DNA from: an uncultured Gammaproteobacteria bacterium
GTDB lineage: Bacteria; Patescibacteriota; Microgenomatia; Levybacterales; UBA12049
DNA length: 64,000 nt
Reading direction: 5' to 3'
NCBI GenBank assembly: GCA_964408485.1
Contig: CAYOZJ010000004.1
Coordinates: forward strand, 8,685-72,684
Part shown: positions 38,351 through 48,672 of the stretch, piece by piece
Numbering within the stretch: position 1 is the stretch's first letter
Layout: each line of letters begins with the position of its first letter
Translations under genes and position numbers: made by a program
Notes under the pieces: generated by a model
Seen by the model: only the letters and a program-made list of their open reading frames with translations
Told to the model about the DNA's origin: nothing
Database searches by the model: none

Positions 38351-39373
38351 ATGAAATTACTTGTAACAGGTGGAGCAGGGTTTATTGGCAGCAATTTTAT
38401 TTTGTATTGGATGAAAAATCATCCGGAAGACGAAGTAGTCAATTTTGATAAATTAACCTACGCTGGGAATCTAGAAAATTTAAAAGCAGTTGAACATCTT
38501 CCAAATTATTCATTTATACGGGGTGATATTTGTGATGCTATTGCCGTTGAAAATGCAATGCAAGGCATAGACTTTGTTGTCCATTTTGCTGCAGAGTCTC
38601 ATGTGGATAGAAGCATTATGAATCCTTCAGATTTTGTTGAGACAAATGTCGGAGGAACACAAGTGTTGCTGGATGCAGCTCTTAAAGCGAATATAAAACG
38701 ATTTCATCATGTATCAACAGATGAAGTATTTGGTGCGCTAGAGGTAGGTTCGTCTGATCGATTTAACGAATCAACTTCATACAATCCTCATAGTCCGTAT
38801 TCTGCAAGTAAGGCTGGATCTGATCATTTAGTGAGAGCATACGCAGATACATACGGACTTCCAATAACCATTACGAATTGCTCAAATAATTTTGGTCCAT
38901 ACCATTTCCCCGAAAAAATAATACCTCTTGCGATTACTAATGTGTTGGAAGAAAAAAAAGTACCAATCTATGGAGACGGGTTATATGTGCGGGATTGGTT
39001 GCATGTAGAGGATCATGCGCGCGCAATAGAAGCAGTACTTCTTAAGGGAAAAGAGGGGGAAACGTATTGTGTAGGAGGGCTTAAAAAGGGTGCCGCAGAA
39101 ATAAATAATTTAGAAGTTGTAAAAGAAATTTTACGCATCTTAGATAAAGATGAAAGTTATATTGAACTTGTCAAAGATAGACCAGGACATGACAGGCGGT
39201 ATGCGATTGATTGGAGTAAAATTCATACCGAATTAGGATGGGAGCCATTGCATGATTTCTCAGAATGGTTAGAGCGGACAGTCCAGTGGTACAAAAATAA
39301 TGAGTCGTGGTGGAAAAATGTAAAGAATGGAAGTTATGAAGAATACTATAAAAAGCAATATGAACAAAGGTAA
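38351..39373 (+). CDS. rfbB: dTDP-glucose 4,6-dehydratase
   Basis: GGAGFIG, AAESHVDRS, STDEV, YSASK, DRPGHDRRY. Confidence 0.96.
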   Translation: MKLLVTGGAGFIGSNFILYWMKNHPEDEVVNFDKLTYAGNLENLKAVEHLPNYSFIRGDICDAIAVENAMQGIDFVVHFAAESHVDRSIMNPSDFVETNVGGTQVLLDAALKANIKRFHHVSTDEVFGALEVGSSDRFNESTSYNPHSPYSASKAGSDHLVRAYADTYGLPITITNCSNNFGPYHFPEKIIPLAITNVLEEKKVPIYGDGLYVRDWLHVEDHARAIEAVLLKGKEGETYCVGGLKKGAAEINNLEVVKEILRILDKDESYIELVKDRPGHDRRYAIDWSKIHTELGWEPLHDFSEWLERTVQWYKNNESWWKNVKNGSYEEYYKKQYEQR

Positions 39374-39734
39374 TAATGGAAAATACTTCTTTGGAAATAT
39401 AAAAGACAACCTTAAAGAAAACGGTTGGTTTTTTGGTCACTTCATGGATAATCCGCTCCTTAATTCAAAAGATGTAGAAGTTGCATGGCAGGATATTTCC
39501 AATAAACAAATCGAAGTAAAAGATAAGCACACTCATAAAGTTGCTGTTGAAATAAATATTATTCTCTCGGGTGCAATTCATTTAACAATGGATGGAAAAG
39601 AATTTACCGTTAAAGGCGGAGAGTTTTATGTTGTCTATCCCAATGTTGTTGTTGACAAGGTTTGGGCAGAAGACAATACGGTTGATCTTTGCATAAAAGC
39701 GCCAAGTATTCCGGGAGATAAATATTATTTATGA
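39360..39734 (+). CDS. Cupin domain protein
   Basis: GWFFGHF, HTHK..VE, K.PS.PGDKY. Confidence 0.75.
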   Translation: MNKGNNGKYFFGNIKDNLKENGWFFGHFMDNPLLNSKDVEVAWQDISNKQIEVKDKHTHKVAVEINIILSGAIHLTMDGKEFTVKGGEFYVVYPNVVVDKVWAEDNTVDLCIKAPSIPGDKYYL

Positions 39735-40216
39735 TTAATTGTACTTTTGAAGATGGTGGGAAAGCCAACCCTGGACTTCGGCACGTTACAGTTGGAGTCA
39801 TTGCATATAATGACAAAAACCAAGTTTTACTCGTGAGACGTTCTGCAAAATATAGTAGACCCAATACATGGACTGTTCCCGGTGGCTTTTTAGATAGAGA
39901 CAGAACAATAAAAGAAGCTATTCTAAAGGAATTACGTGAAGAAACAGGTATGTCGGGTGAGATTCAGCAATTATTTCATGTTAATGATTATCCCGATAGA
40001 CCAAATGAAGATAGACAGAATGTGGATTTTATTTTTCTGGTAAAAGTTGATGGGGGTAGTTTTTCTCATGATGATGAAATTACAAATATACAATGGTTTG
40101 ATAAAAATACGTTGCCAAATGAAAAAGAGTTTGCTTTCGATCATCACGCAACTATTCTAAAGTTTTTTGAATACATGGGGCATCCATTCACATTGCCACT
40201 TATTGGAAAAATATGA
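39731..40216 (+). CDS. NUDIX hydrolase
   Basis: PGGFLD...KELREETG, AFDH. Confidence 0.88.
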   Translation: MINCTFEDGGKANPGLRHVTVGVIAYNDKNQVLLVRRSAKYSRPNTWTVPGGFLDRDRTIKEAILKELREETGMSGEIQQLFHVNDYPDRPNEDRQNVDFIFLVKVDGGSFSHDDEITNIQWFDKNTLPNEKEFAFDHHATILKFFEYMGHPFTLPLIGKI

Positions 40217-41085
40217 AGATTATTGGAACAGGACTTTCAGGACTTGTTGGTTCGAGAATTGTTGAGCTGTTAAGTCCAGAATTTGAATTTGAAGATATTT
40301 CTCGCAAAACAGGAACAGATATTACAGACAAAGAAGCTGTATTAACGCGTCTGCAAAAATCAGATGCAAAATTTGTTGTGCATATGGCAGCATATACACA
40401 AGTTGATGAAGCAGAGAAAGATAAAGATCTCAAAGAAAATAGTGCTGCATGGAAAATAAATGTTGCTGGGACTAGGAATGTTGTGGAGGCTGCGGAAAAG
40501 ACGGGTAAACATATTGTGTATGTCTCAACTGACATGGTTTTCCCAGGTACTAAAAATCGACCAGAAAGATATAGCGAAGAAGACGAGACAAATCCTGTTG
40601 GATGGTATGCAATAACAAAAGCTGAGGCAGAAAAAGTAGTTGAGCAATCTTCAGTTCCCTGGACCATTCTTCGTATTGCGTACCCTTACCGTGCAAATTT
40701 TGAAAAAAAGGAATATGTACGGATTTTTAAATGGCTTCTTGAAGAAAAACGGGAAATAAAAGCAGTTGCAGATCATTTCTTTACACCAACATTTATCGAT
40801 GACCTGAGCCAAGTTTTCTCACTGATTTTTAAGCAAAATCTTACCGGAATCTATCACGCGGGAGGGCATACTAGTATTAGTCCGTATGAGGCAGCACTTG
40901 CTGTTGCAAAGGAATTTGGTCTTGATGCATCTCTTGTTAGTAAAACAACGAGAGAGGAGTATTTTGCAGGAAAAGCACCAAGAGCCTTTAATTTAGCGCT
41001 TAATAGTGATAAAATAGAGTCCTTAGGAGTCAAAATGCGTGGATTTGAAGAAGGGTTAAGAGAAATCAAAAAGCAGATTGGCTAA
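40213..41085 (+). CDS. rfbD: dTDP-4-dehydrorhamnose reductase
   Basis: GLSGLVG, AAYTQVD, STDMVF, YAITK. Confidence 0.85.
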   Translation: MKIIGTGLSGLVGSRIVELLSPEFEFEDISRKTGTDITDKEAVLTRLQKSDAKFVVHMAAYTQVDEAEKDKDLKENSAAWKINVAGTRNVVEAAEKTGKHIVYVSTDMVFPGTKNRPERYSEEDETNPVGWYAITKAEAEKVVEQSSVPWTILRIAYPYRANFEKKEYVRIFKWLLEEKREIKAVADHFFTPTFIDDLSQVFSLIFKQNLTGIYHAGGHTSISPYEAALAVAKEFGLDASLVSKTTREEYFAGKAPRAFNLALNSDKIESLGVKMRGFEEGLREIKKQIG

Positions 41086-41089
41086 GAAT

Positions 41090-41211
41090 AATTTCTCAGT
41101 TGTCAGTTCTCAATTTTCATTGAATTGAATAATGATCATTGAATCATTTATTGAAAACTGGAAATCGCCGCTTCGGCGAAGCTAGTACCCTTGGGGTAGT
41201 AAATTGAAAAC
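41090..41211. repeat. Inverted 7-nt-period arrays with nested hairpin cassette (A-E, 41166-41198)
   Basis: TTCTCAG TTGTCAG TTCTCAA TTTTCAT ... TTGAAAA CTGGAAA [cassette] TTGAAAA. Confidence 0.7.
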
Positions 41212-41217
41212 ATCATT

Positions 41218-42528
41218 ATGACTATAACATTTCTTGGACATGGTTATGTAGGGTTAGTAACAGCAGCAGTTTTTGCCGATCTTGGCAATAAAGTGTGGGT
41301 TATTGGTCACACAAAAGAAAAAATTGAAAACCTTAAAAATGGTATTCTCCCAATCTATGAACCAGGACTTGAAGAATTGGTTGTTCGTAACGTAAAAGCA
41401 GGACGTCTCTTATTTACTCTTGATTACAAACCAGCAATTCCAGAATCAGACGTTGTCTTTATTGCGGTAGGTACACCACCGAAGCCAACAGGAGAAGCAG
41501 ATTTATCTGTTGTTTTTGAGGTTGCAGAAAAAATTGGTCAAAATTTAGATGGATATACAGTTGTTATAACAAAAAGCACTGTGCCAGTTGGGACAAATAA
41601 AAAGGTTGGGGAGATTTTGGCAAAAGTAAAACCTGCTAAGGCTGAATTTGATATTGCATCCTGTCCGGAATTTTTGCGGGAAGGTCAGGCAATTGGAGAC
41701 ACCCAGCATCCCGATAGAGTTGTTATTGGAGCAGATAGTAAGCGAGCAGAAGAGAAATTAGTTGAGCTCCATAAGCCAATTTTAGAGGGAAATGGAAAAT
41801 CAAAATTAGTTTTAACAAATATTTCTACAGCAGAAATGATTAAGTATGCATCGAATGCATTTTTAGCAACAAAGATTAGTTTTGCTAATGCAATTGCCCA
41901 ACTCTCTGAAAAAGTCGGTGCAGATGGTCCAGACGTCCTTACGGCAATTGGGCTTGATAAACGAATTGGAACATACTTCTTAAATGCAGGAGCAGGATAT
42001 GGTGGAAGCTGCTTTCCAAAAGATGTAAAAGCACTTATTGCAATAGCCGGAGAAAATGGATATGACTTTAAGCTCTTAAAAGATGTTGAGGAAGTAAATA
42101 AAGAAGCAATGCATGCTGTTGCAAAAAAAGTTAAAAAACTTCTTGGAGATGTAAAAGGAAAGCGAGTCGGCGTATTGGGTCTTACCTTTAAGCCGGATAC
42201 CGATGACATGCGCGATGCGCCAAGCAGGACAGTCTTGCCGGAGCTCTTAAAAGATGGGGCAAGTGTGGTCGCATTTGATCCTATTGCAACGAATGCAAAT
42301 AAGAAATTTCCAGAATTAGCAGGACTGGAAATGGCAAAAGATGCATACGATGTTGCAAAAAACGCGGATATTTTAGTTGTTATGACAGAATGGAACGAAT
42401 TTAAGCAAATGGATGTTGAGAAAATAAAATCGCTCATGAAATCCCCAGTAGTTGTTGATGGACGAAATATGTTTGACGCAAAGCAAATGCGTTCTCTTGG
42501 ATTTACCTATGTTGGTGTTGGAAGATAA
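41218..42528 (+). CDS. ugd: UDP-glucose 6-dehydrogenase
   Basis: GHGYVG, KSTVPVG, PEFLREG, GYGGSCFPKD, FKPDTDD.R. Confidence 0.93.
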   Translation: MTITFLGHGYVGLVTAAVFADLGNKVWVIGHTKEKIENLKNGILPIYEPGLEELVVRNVKAGRLLFTLDYKPAIPESDVVFIAVGTPPKPTGEADLSVVFEVAEKIGQNLDGYTVVITKSTVPVGTNKKVGEILAKVKPAKAEFDIASCPEFLREGQAIGDTQHPDRVVIGADSKRAEEKLVELHKPILEGNGKSKLVLTNISTAEMIKYASNAFLATKISFANAIAQLSEKVGADGPDVLTAIGLDKRIGTYFLNAGAGYGGSCFPKDVKALIAIAGENGYDFKLLKDVEEVNKEAMHAVAKKVKKLLGDVKGKRVGVLGLTFKPDTDDMRDAPSRTVLPELLKDGASVVAFDPIATNANKKFPELAGLEMAKDAYDVAKNADILVVMTEWNEFKQMDVEKIKSLMKSPVVVDGRNMFDAKQMRSLGFTYVGVGR

Positions 42529-42699
42529 TTACTTTTTAGCATTTGCAAGCCAAGTCCGATAATCTCTTTCCGCATCCATTGCTCTTCGTACCTCATAATC
42601 TGCTCTTAATTGAGATCCTCCTCTTCTGACTAACGTTTGTATCGCACTTGCATGCTTATGACTCATCCGCGCCTCATCATTTCTTGAAACATATGCCAT
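42529..42699 (-). CDS. 56-aa hypothetical protein (MAYVSRNDEARM...WLANAKK)
   Basis: Open frame filling the gap; its stop abuts the ugd stop. Confidence 0.45.
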   Translation of the reverse strand: MAYVSRNDEARMSHKHASAIQTLVRRGGSQLRADYEVRRAMDAERDYRTWLANAKK

Positions 42700-42780
42700 A
42701 ATGCTAAGAGCATAAATCTTTAAAGTAAAAGATGCAATAGTTTATTGTTCAATTTTCTCAAACCTGCTAGAATCGAAGTA

Positions 42781-43737
42781 ATGAAAAAAGTTCTCATAAC
42801 TGGCGCATCGGGATTTGTTGGAACCCATTTAGCACAACATCTTCTTAGCATAGGTGGAGCAGAAATTCATGGAACCTATTTGACCGATGAGAGTATGCAG
42901 CGCTCTTTGGTAAAAGATCAAATAACCTTCCATAAGGTAAATCTTCAAGATAAAAATCAAACAGACCAACTTATTAAAGACGTCATGCCTGACGAGGTGT
43001 ATCATTTGGCAGCGAATGCGCTGGTTACAGTGAGTTTTTCAGATCCATTGGGGACATTTCATAATAATGTTGATCCACAAGTTAACTTATTTGAAAGTTT
43101 GCGAGCTAATAATCTCTTGCAGACAAAGATTTTGATTACGTGTTCTTCAGAAGAATATGGATTTATTGATCCGAAAGATTTGCCAATGAATGAGAATACA
43201 TCTCTTCGTCCAGCAAATCCGTACGCTGTATCAAAAGTAGCACAGGATTTTTTTGGACTTCAATATTTTATTGCCTACAAAATGCCAATTATTCGAGTAC
43301 GATCGTTTACTCATGTAGGGCCAGGACAAGCACCTGGGTTTGTTGTTGCTGATTTTGCCAAACAAATAGCAGAAATAGAAAATGGTAAAAAAGAACCATT
43401 GATAAAAGTTGGGAATATGGAGACAAAAAGAGATTTTACCGATGTCCGTGATATGGTGCGCTTATACTATTTACTCATGGAAAAAGGAGTTGCAGGTGAC
43501 GTATATAATGCAGGATCTGGTGTATCACACGTTATTAGTAGTGTCATGGACCAGCTCATTCACTTGTCCAATACTTCAATAACACTTGAGAAAGATCCAT
43601 CTAAATTCAGGCCGGCAGATGTACCAGAAATCCGTGCAGATATTTCAAAAACGCAAGAAATTACCGGATGGAAGCCGGAAATTCCTTTTGAGAAAACTCT
43701 AAAAGATACTCTAGACTATTGGCGAAAAATTGTTTAG
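42781..43737 (+). CDS. GDP-sugar SDR enzyme (RMD / GDP-mannose dehydratase-like)
   Basis: GASGFVG, SSEEYG, YAVSK, RDFTDVRD. Confidence 0.85.
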   Translation: MKKVLITGASGFVGTHLAQHLLSIGGAEIHGTYLTDESMQRSLVKDQITFHKVNLQDKNQTDQLIKDVMPDEVYHLAANALVTVSFSDPLGTFHNNVDPQVNLFESLRANNLLQTKILITCSSEEYGFIDPKDLPMNENTSLRPANPYAVSKVAQDFFGLQYFIAYKMPIIRVRSFTHVGPGQAPGFVVADFAKQIAEIENGKKEPLIKVGNMETKRDFTDVRDMVRLYYLLMEKGVAGDVYNAGSGVSHVISSVMDQLIHLSNTSITLEKDPSKFRPADVPEIRADISKTQEITGWKPEIPFEKTLKDTLDYWRKIV

Positions 43738-43754
43738 AATTTAATAATTGAATT

Positions 43755-44723
43755 ATGGCAAAACAAGCATTGATTACTGGTATTACTGGACAGGACGGAC
43801 CATATTTAGCAGAGCTTCTTCTTAAAAAAGGCTACAAGGTATACGGATTGACTCGAAGACTCAGTATCCCCAATACAGAAAATATTAAAGATCTTATTGA
43901 TAAGATAGAACTTATTTCTGGAGATTTACTTGACCAAGGGTCACTTCAAGATGCAATAGAAGAGTCCGAACCAGATGAAGTATACAATCTAGCAGCACAA
44001 TCTTTTGTTAAAGCCTCCTGGAATCAACCAGTGTTAACTGGTGAATTTACTGCACTTGGTGCAACAAGAATGCTTGAGGCAATCAGAACAGTTAATAAAA
44101 AAATAAAATTCTACCAAGCATCTTCTTCGGAAATGTTTGGAAAAGTAGTAGAAGTTCCGCAAAAAGAAACAACAAGATTTTATCCACGAAGTCCATACGG
44201 TGTTGCAAAAGCATATGCACACTACATGACAGTAAATTATCGGGAGAGTTATGACATGTTTGCCTGCTCAGGAATTCTTTTTAATCATGAGTCTCCACGA
44301 CGAGGCATAGAATTTGTTACCAGAAAAATTTCTAATGCTGTTGCAAGAATTCATTTGGGTAAACAAGAAATTCTTGAGTTGGGAGATCTTCGTCCAAAGC
44401 GGGATTGGGGATTTGCAGGTGACTATGTTGAGGCAATGTGGCTTATGCTCAATTACAAGCAGCCTGATGATTATGTTGTTGCAACGGGTGAGACACATAG
44501 TGTAGAAGAATTTGTTGAGCTCGCATTTAAGGTTGTTGGGATTACAGATTGGAAAAAATATGTTAAGGCAAATCACCCCAAACACATGAGACCAGCAGAG
44601 GTGGATCATTTGATTGGTGATCCAACCAAAGCACAAAAGGTATTAGGATGGAAAAGAAGTGTAAGTTTTCCTCAACTTGTAGAAATGATGGTAAAGGCAG
44701 ATTTGGAAAGAGAAAGTAAATAA
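43755..44723 (+). CDS. gmd: GDP-mannose 4,6-dehydratase
   Basis: GITGQDG, YQASSSE, NHESPRRG, RDWG. Confidence 0.96.
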   Translation: MAKQALITGITGQDGPYLAELLLKKGYKVYGLTRRLSIPNTENIKDLIDKIELISGDLLDQGSLQDAIEESEPDEVYNLAAQSFVKASWNQPVLTGEFTALGATRMLEAIRTVNKKIKFYQASSSEMFGKVVEVPQKETTRFYPRSPYGVAKAYAHYMTVNYRESYDMFACSGILFNHESPRRGIEFVTRKISNAVARIHLGKQEILELGDLRPKRDWGFAGDYVEAMWLMLNYKQPDDYVVATGETHSVEEFVELAFKVVGITDWKKYVKANHPKHMRPAEVDHLIGDPTKAQKVLGWKRSVSFPQLVEMMVKADLERESK

Positions 44724-44726
44724 TGT

Positions 44727-45689
44727 ATGCAGACAGTATACGTTGCTGGGGGAGCAGGATTTATCGGCTCCAATCTCTGCAAAAGACTTCTTGATGACGG
44801 CTACGCAGTTATTTGTATAGATAATCTTGTTACCAGCTCAGAAAGTAATATTACAAAGCTAGAAAAAAATCCCAATTTTCATTTTATTAATGCTGATGTT
44901 ACGAATTTTACTGAGTCAACATTTGCAACGTTTTCAAAGCCTGATTTTATTTTTCACTTAGCATCTCCTGCCAGCCCAAATAAGAATGGGAAACGGTCTT
45001 TTATTGCGCTCCCTATCCAAACGCTTTTAGCAAATACACTCGGAACATATAAATTGCTTGAACTTGCCAAAGCTGCAAATGCACGACTTCTTTTTGCTTC
45101 AACCTCCGAAGTATATGGTGATCCAGAGGTAAGTCCACAACCTGAAACATACTGGGGGAATGTCAATCCTAATGGAGTTAGGTCTGTGTATGATGAAGGA
45201 AAGCGAGCAGGAGAAGCATTTGTCATGGGGTATGTGAGAAAATATGGTTTGGACGGGCGAATTGTGAGAATTTTTAATACATATGGTCCAAATATGCAGG
45301 AAGATGATGGTCGCGTTGTCTCTAATCTTATCTTACAAGCGCTCAAGAGCGAACCATTAACAATTTATGGCGATGGGAGTCAGACACGAAGCTTTTGTTA
45401 TATAGACGATTTGGTAGAAGGATTAGTGCGATACATGTTTGCAGACGGGCTACAGGGCGAGGTAATTAACATTGGAAATCCGGGCGAGAAATCTATTGCA
45501 GATTTTGCTACGATAATAAAAGAGATCACTGGTACCGCGTCTGAGATTGTTTATGAAGACCTACCAGAAGACGATCCAAAAAAGCGTAAACCAGATATTA
45601 CAAAGGCAAGAAAACTTTTAGACTGGGAGCCAAAAGTTGGTCTTGACGAAGGAATTAAGAGAACAATAGAGTATTTTAAAGCACGATGA
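44727..45689 (+). CDS. UDP-glucuronate decarboxylase (UXS-like)
   Basis: HLASPASP, STSEVYGDP, YDEGKR, DDP..RKPDI. Confidence 0.88.
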   Translation: MQTVYVAGGAGFIGSNLCKRLLDDGYAVICIDNLVTSSESNITKLEKNPNFHFINADVTNFTESTFATFSKPDFIFHLASPASPNKNGKRSFIALPIQTLLANTLGTYKLLELAKAANARLLFASTSEVYGDPEVSPQPETYWGNVNPNGVRSVYDEGKRAGEAFVMGYVRKYGLDGRIVRIFNTYGPNMQEDDGRVVSNLILQALKSEPLTIYGDGSQTRSFCYIDDLVEGLVRYMFADGLQGEVINIGNPGEKSIADFATIIKEITGTASEIVYEDLPEDDPKKRKPDITKARKLLDWEPKVGLDEGIKRTIEYFKAR

Positions 45690-46810
45690 AAATAGTTGTT
45701 GTACCAGCTACCTATAACGAAAAAGAGAATATTGAAAAATTTATTCCCCTTGTGATGGATGAAGTTTTCCCCAAAATAAAGGGTCACGATATGGAGATTT
45801 TAGTTGCAGATGACGAATCTCCGGATGGTACAGGTGATGCGGTCAAGGCTCTCATGAAAAAGTATAAAAATCTGGGACTCAATTCTGGCCCAAAAAAGGG
45901 ATTAGGAGCTGCCTATATTCGTGCCATGACCTATGCAATAGAGCATCTTCATGCAGATGCGGTCATGAGTATAGATGCAGATTTACAGCACGATCCTCGT
46001 GAAATTCCTCATTTTGTAAAAAAGTTAGAAGAGGGATATGACATTGTGGTTGCAACTCGATATAGTCAGGGTGGGTCTATTCCGCAAAATTGGCCACCTC
46101 AACGAAAACTATTTTCCATAATGGGCAATATTATCGTTAGATGCATTACTGGTAGATTTGGTATTCATGATTGGACAGGTGGATTTCGTGCAGTAAAGAG
46201 CGAGGTTTTTATGAAAGAGAGAAGTAAAGTAATGCCTTTCCAAGGGTACACATTTCAGGTTGCCTTTTTGTATAAATCTGTTTTGGATGGGTACAAGATA
46301 GGGGAAGTACCAATTCACTTTATGGACAGGACGCTCGGAAGGTCTAAAATTGCACCGTTAGAATATATTATTAATCTTTTAAAATATGTTATTGGTGAAA
46401 GAATTCATGAACTTGTTACCGGATCCTTTGGAAAGTTTTTAGTTGTTGGAGGGTTGGGATTTGTGATTAATGCAGTGGTGCTTCGCCTTTTAGTAAATCT
46501 TGCTCATTGGGATCCTACATTTGCCAATTTAGGAGGTGCAGCTCTTGCTATTTTTTCTAATTATAATTTTAACAATTTGTGGACATTTAAGGAGCATAAG
46601 ATTAATGGGTTTGGGCAATATCTATGGAAAATGCTGCAATTTTACGCAACATCTGCATTCGGTGTTATTTTTATCCAGACCGGAACAATCTTTCTCCTCG
46701 ATCATCTATTTGGAACAAAATACTATTTCTACTATTTCCTTCTTGGAACTTTCTTTATTCTCATTTGGAATTATACAATTTATAATAAATTTATCTGGAA
46801 GAAAAAATAA
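45686..46810 (+). CDS. GT2 polyprenol-phosphate glycosyltransferase with C-terminal GtrA domain
   Basis: TYNE, DDESPDGT, DADLQH; 4-TM C-terminus. Confidence 0.88.
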   Translation: MKIVVVPATYNEKENIEKFIPLVMDEVFPKIKGHDMEILVADDESPDGTGDAVKALMKKYKNLGLNSGPKKGLGAAYIRAMTYAIEHLHADAVMSIDADLQHDPREIPHFVKKLEEGYDIVVATRYSQGGSIPQNWPPQRKLFSIMGNIIVRCITGRFGIHDWTGGFRAVKSEVFMKERSKVMPFQGYTFQVAFLYKSVLDGYKIGEVPIHFMDRTLGRSKIAPLEYIINLLKYVIGERIHELVTGSFGKFLVVGGLGFVINAVVLRLLVNLAHWDPTFANLGGAALAIFSNYNFNNLWTFKEHKINGFGQYLWKMLQFYATSAFGVIFIQTGTIFLLDHLFGTKYYFYYFLLGTFFILIWNYTIYNKFIWKKK

Positions 46811-46817
46811 TTTCACT

Positions 46818-46876
46818 TTATTCTTCGAACGAAGTGAGAAGTTCTCCCTTTAGTTCTCGCCTTGCTCGAACAATAA
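46818..46876. repeat. Palindromic doublet, family F
   Basis: TTATTCTTCGAACGAAGTGAGAAG...GTTCTCGCCTTGCTCGAACAATAA. Confidence 0.75.
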
Positions 46877-46880
46877 TCAT

Positions 46881-48452
46881 ATGTTCAAAAAATTATTTAC
46901 CAAAACAAACCTTTTGCTCATAGGCATTATACTTCTCGCTTCATTTCTCAGGCTTTATAAAATCCAAGATTATTTGACATTTTTGGGGGATGAGGGACGG
47001 GACATGTTGGTTGTGTACAACATTTTGCACGGACATCCAACACTCCTTGGGCCAACAGCAAGCGTTGGAGGGTTTTTCTTAGGACCAATTTATTACTACT
47101 TCATGGTGCCATTTGTGTGGGTTGCTGGAGGTAACCCTGTTGGGTCGGCAATAATGGTCGCGCTTTTTGGCATTGCTACCGTGTGGCTGACGTACTTTGT
47201 TGGATCTAAATTTTTTAATACGCCTTCAGGACTTGTGGCTGCACTTCTCTACGCTGTGAGTCCTCTCATTATTACCTATTCAAGGTCTTCTTGGAATCCC
47301 AACCCAATGCCATTTTTTGTGTTGTCTCTTTTATACTTTTTGTACCTGGGATTAGAAAAGAAAAATTGGAAATATATTCTTTTCTCTGGAATATTTTTGG
47401 GGATCGCAATGCAACTTCATTATTTAGCAACGTTTGTTGGGGTTATTGTTTTTCTGTACATTCTTTTTGATTCGCTTTATGATTTGATTACGAAATCGAT
47501 TAGAGGTTTGGGCTTTATATATAACCTAACTATACGCTATACGCTATACGCTATTGGCTTTATTCTAGGGTGGTCGCCATTTCTCGCATTTGAAGCGCGT
47601 CATGGATTTAATAACATTCGGGCAATTGTTGATTTTATTTTTCACTCCAAAGAAACAGGAGGAGGAGATATGTATAACGAAATTATCGGCAATGTTTTCT
47701 TTAGAGTATTTGGGAGAATAGTTACCGCTTTCCCTCCACCGGAAAATGTTAATATTCATACTCATCCAGAACTTTCTGTATGGTTTTATGGGACTCTTGT
47801 CGTTGCCATTTTGTCACTTCTTCTCTTAGCATACCTTTTGGTAAAAAACCTTAAAAATAGAAATAAATTTTTGCAGTACAGTCTCCTTGGCTTATGGCTT
47901 GCAGGCGGAGTTTTTCTTTTTGGATTTTATAAAAAACAAATTTATGATTATTATTTTTCATTTTTATTTCCGTTGCCAATTCTTATAGTGGGTGCTGCGA
48001 TAGGATGGACATTTACTAAGAAAATTTGGGTGAAAAGCATTGGTGCTATATTGCTCTTAACGTTACTTATCCTAAATCTTATTAACGAGCCAATACTTCT
48101 TCCTGCAAATCATCAAATGCAACAGGTTGCAGGAATTGCAAGAAAAGTTTTTGATGAGGCGCATGGTAAGCCGTTTAACTTCGCATTAATAACAGGAGGT
48201 AATTCAGATCACGCATATAGATATTTCCTAACAATTTGGGGCAATCCACCAGTTACTATTTTAAATCCAGATGTAGATCCGAAGAGAAAGTCAGTGACAG
48301 ATCAATTGCTTGTTGTCTGCGAAGAGTTGCCATGTCATCCAGAAGGCGCATCACTGTGGGAGGTTGCGGGATTTGGTAGAGCGCAAATTGTAGGAGAGTG
48401 GAATGTGAGTGTTGTACAAGTCTATAAGCTGCAGCACTATACAGGGAAATAA
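46881..48452 (+). CDS. GT-C fold glycosyltransferase (ArnT/GT39-like)
   Basis: FLGDEGRD, GPIYYY, SRSSWNPN, many TM helices. Confidence 0.85.
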   Translation: MFKKLFTKTNLLLIGIILLASFLRLYKIQDYLTFLGDEGRDMLVVYNILHGHPTLLGPTASVGGFFLGPIYYYFMVPFVWVAGGNPVGSAIMVALFGIATVWLTYFVGSKFFNTPSGLVAALLYAVSPLIITYSRSSWNPNPMPFFVLSLLYFLYLGLEKKNWKYILFSGIFLGIAMQLHYLATFVGVIVFLYILFDSLYDLITKSIRGLGFIYNLTIRYTLYAIGFILGWSPFLAFEARHGFNNIRAIVDFIFHSKETGGGDMYNEIIGNVFFRVFGRIVTAFPPPENVNIHTHPELSVWFYGTLVVAILSLLLLAYLLVKNLKNRNKFLQYSLLGLWLAGGVFLFGFYKKQIYDYYFSFLFPLPILIVGAAIGWTFTKKIWVKSIGAILLLTLLILNLINEPILLPANHQMQQVAGIARKVFDEAHGKPFNFALITGGNSDHAYRYFLTIWGNPPVTILNPDVDPKRKSVTDQLLVVCEELPCHPEGASLWEVAGFGRAQIVGEWNVSVVQVYKLQHYTGK

Positions 48453-48460
48453 AATATTTA

Positions 48461-48522
48461 ACCCATTCGATAAGCTCAGGGATAAAATATTTTTTCCTGA
48501 GCGAGCAAAGCGAGTCGAAGGA
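48461..48522. repeat. Palindromic doublet, family G
   Basis: ACCCATTCGATAAGCTCAGGG...CCTGAGCGAGCAAAGCGAGTCGAAGG. Confidence 0.8.
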
Positions 48523-48526
48523 TAAT

Positions 48527-48667
48527 ATGAACCCACAAGATTATAGTTTGAGAAAAGATTTACGAACTCAACTGTGTCCTGTCTGTACGTCTCCAATGGG
48601 TGATATGCCAGGAAGTAGAGATGCTTATTGTTCTAACTGCGGCTACAAAGATCCGTGTTGTGAATAA
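48527..48667 (+). CDS. 46-aa zinc-ribbon microprotein
   Basis: CPVC...CSNCGYKDPCCE. Confidence 0.7.
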   Translation: MNPQDYSLRKDLRTQLCPVCTSPMGDMPGSRDAYCSNCGYKDPCCE

Positions 48668-48672
48668 TTGAC

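Noticed and set aside
41685-42437. 250-aa antisense ORF and other short overlapping ORFs in the track
   Set aside because: Shadow frames of well-supported genes with no recognisable motifs
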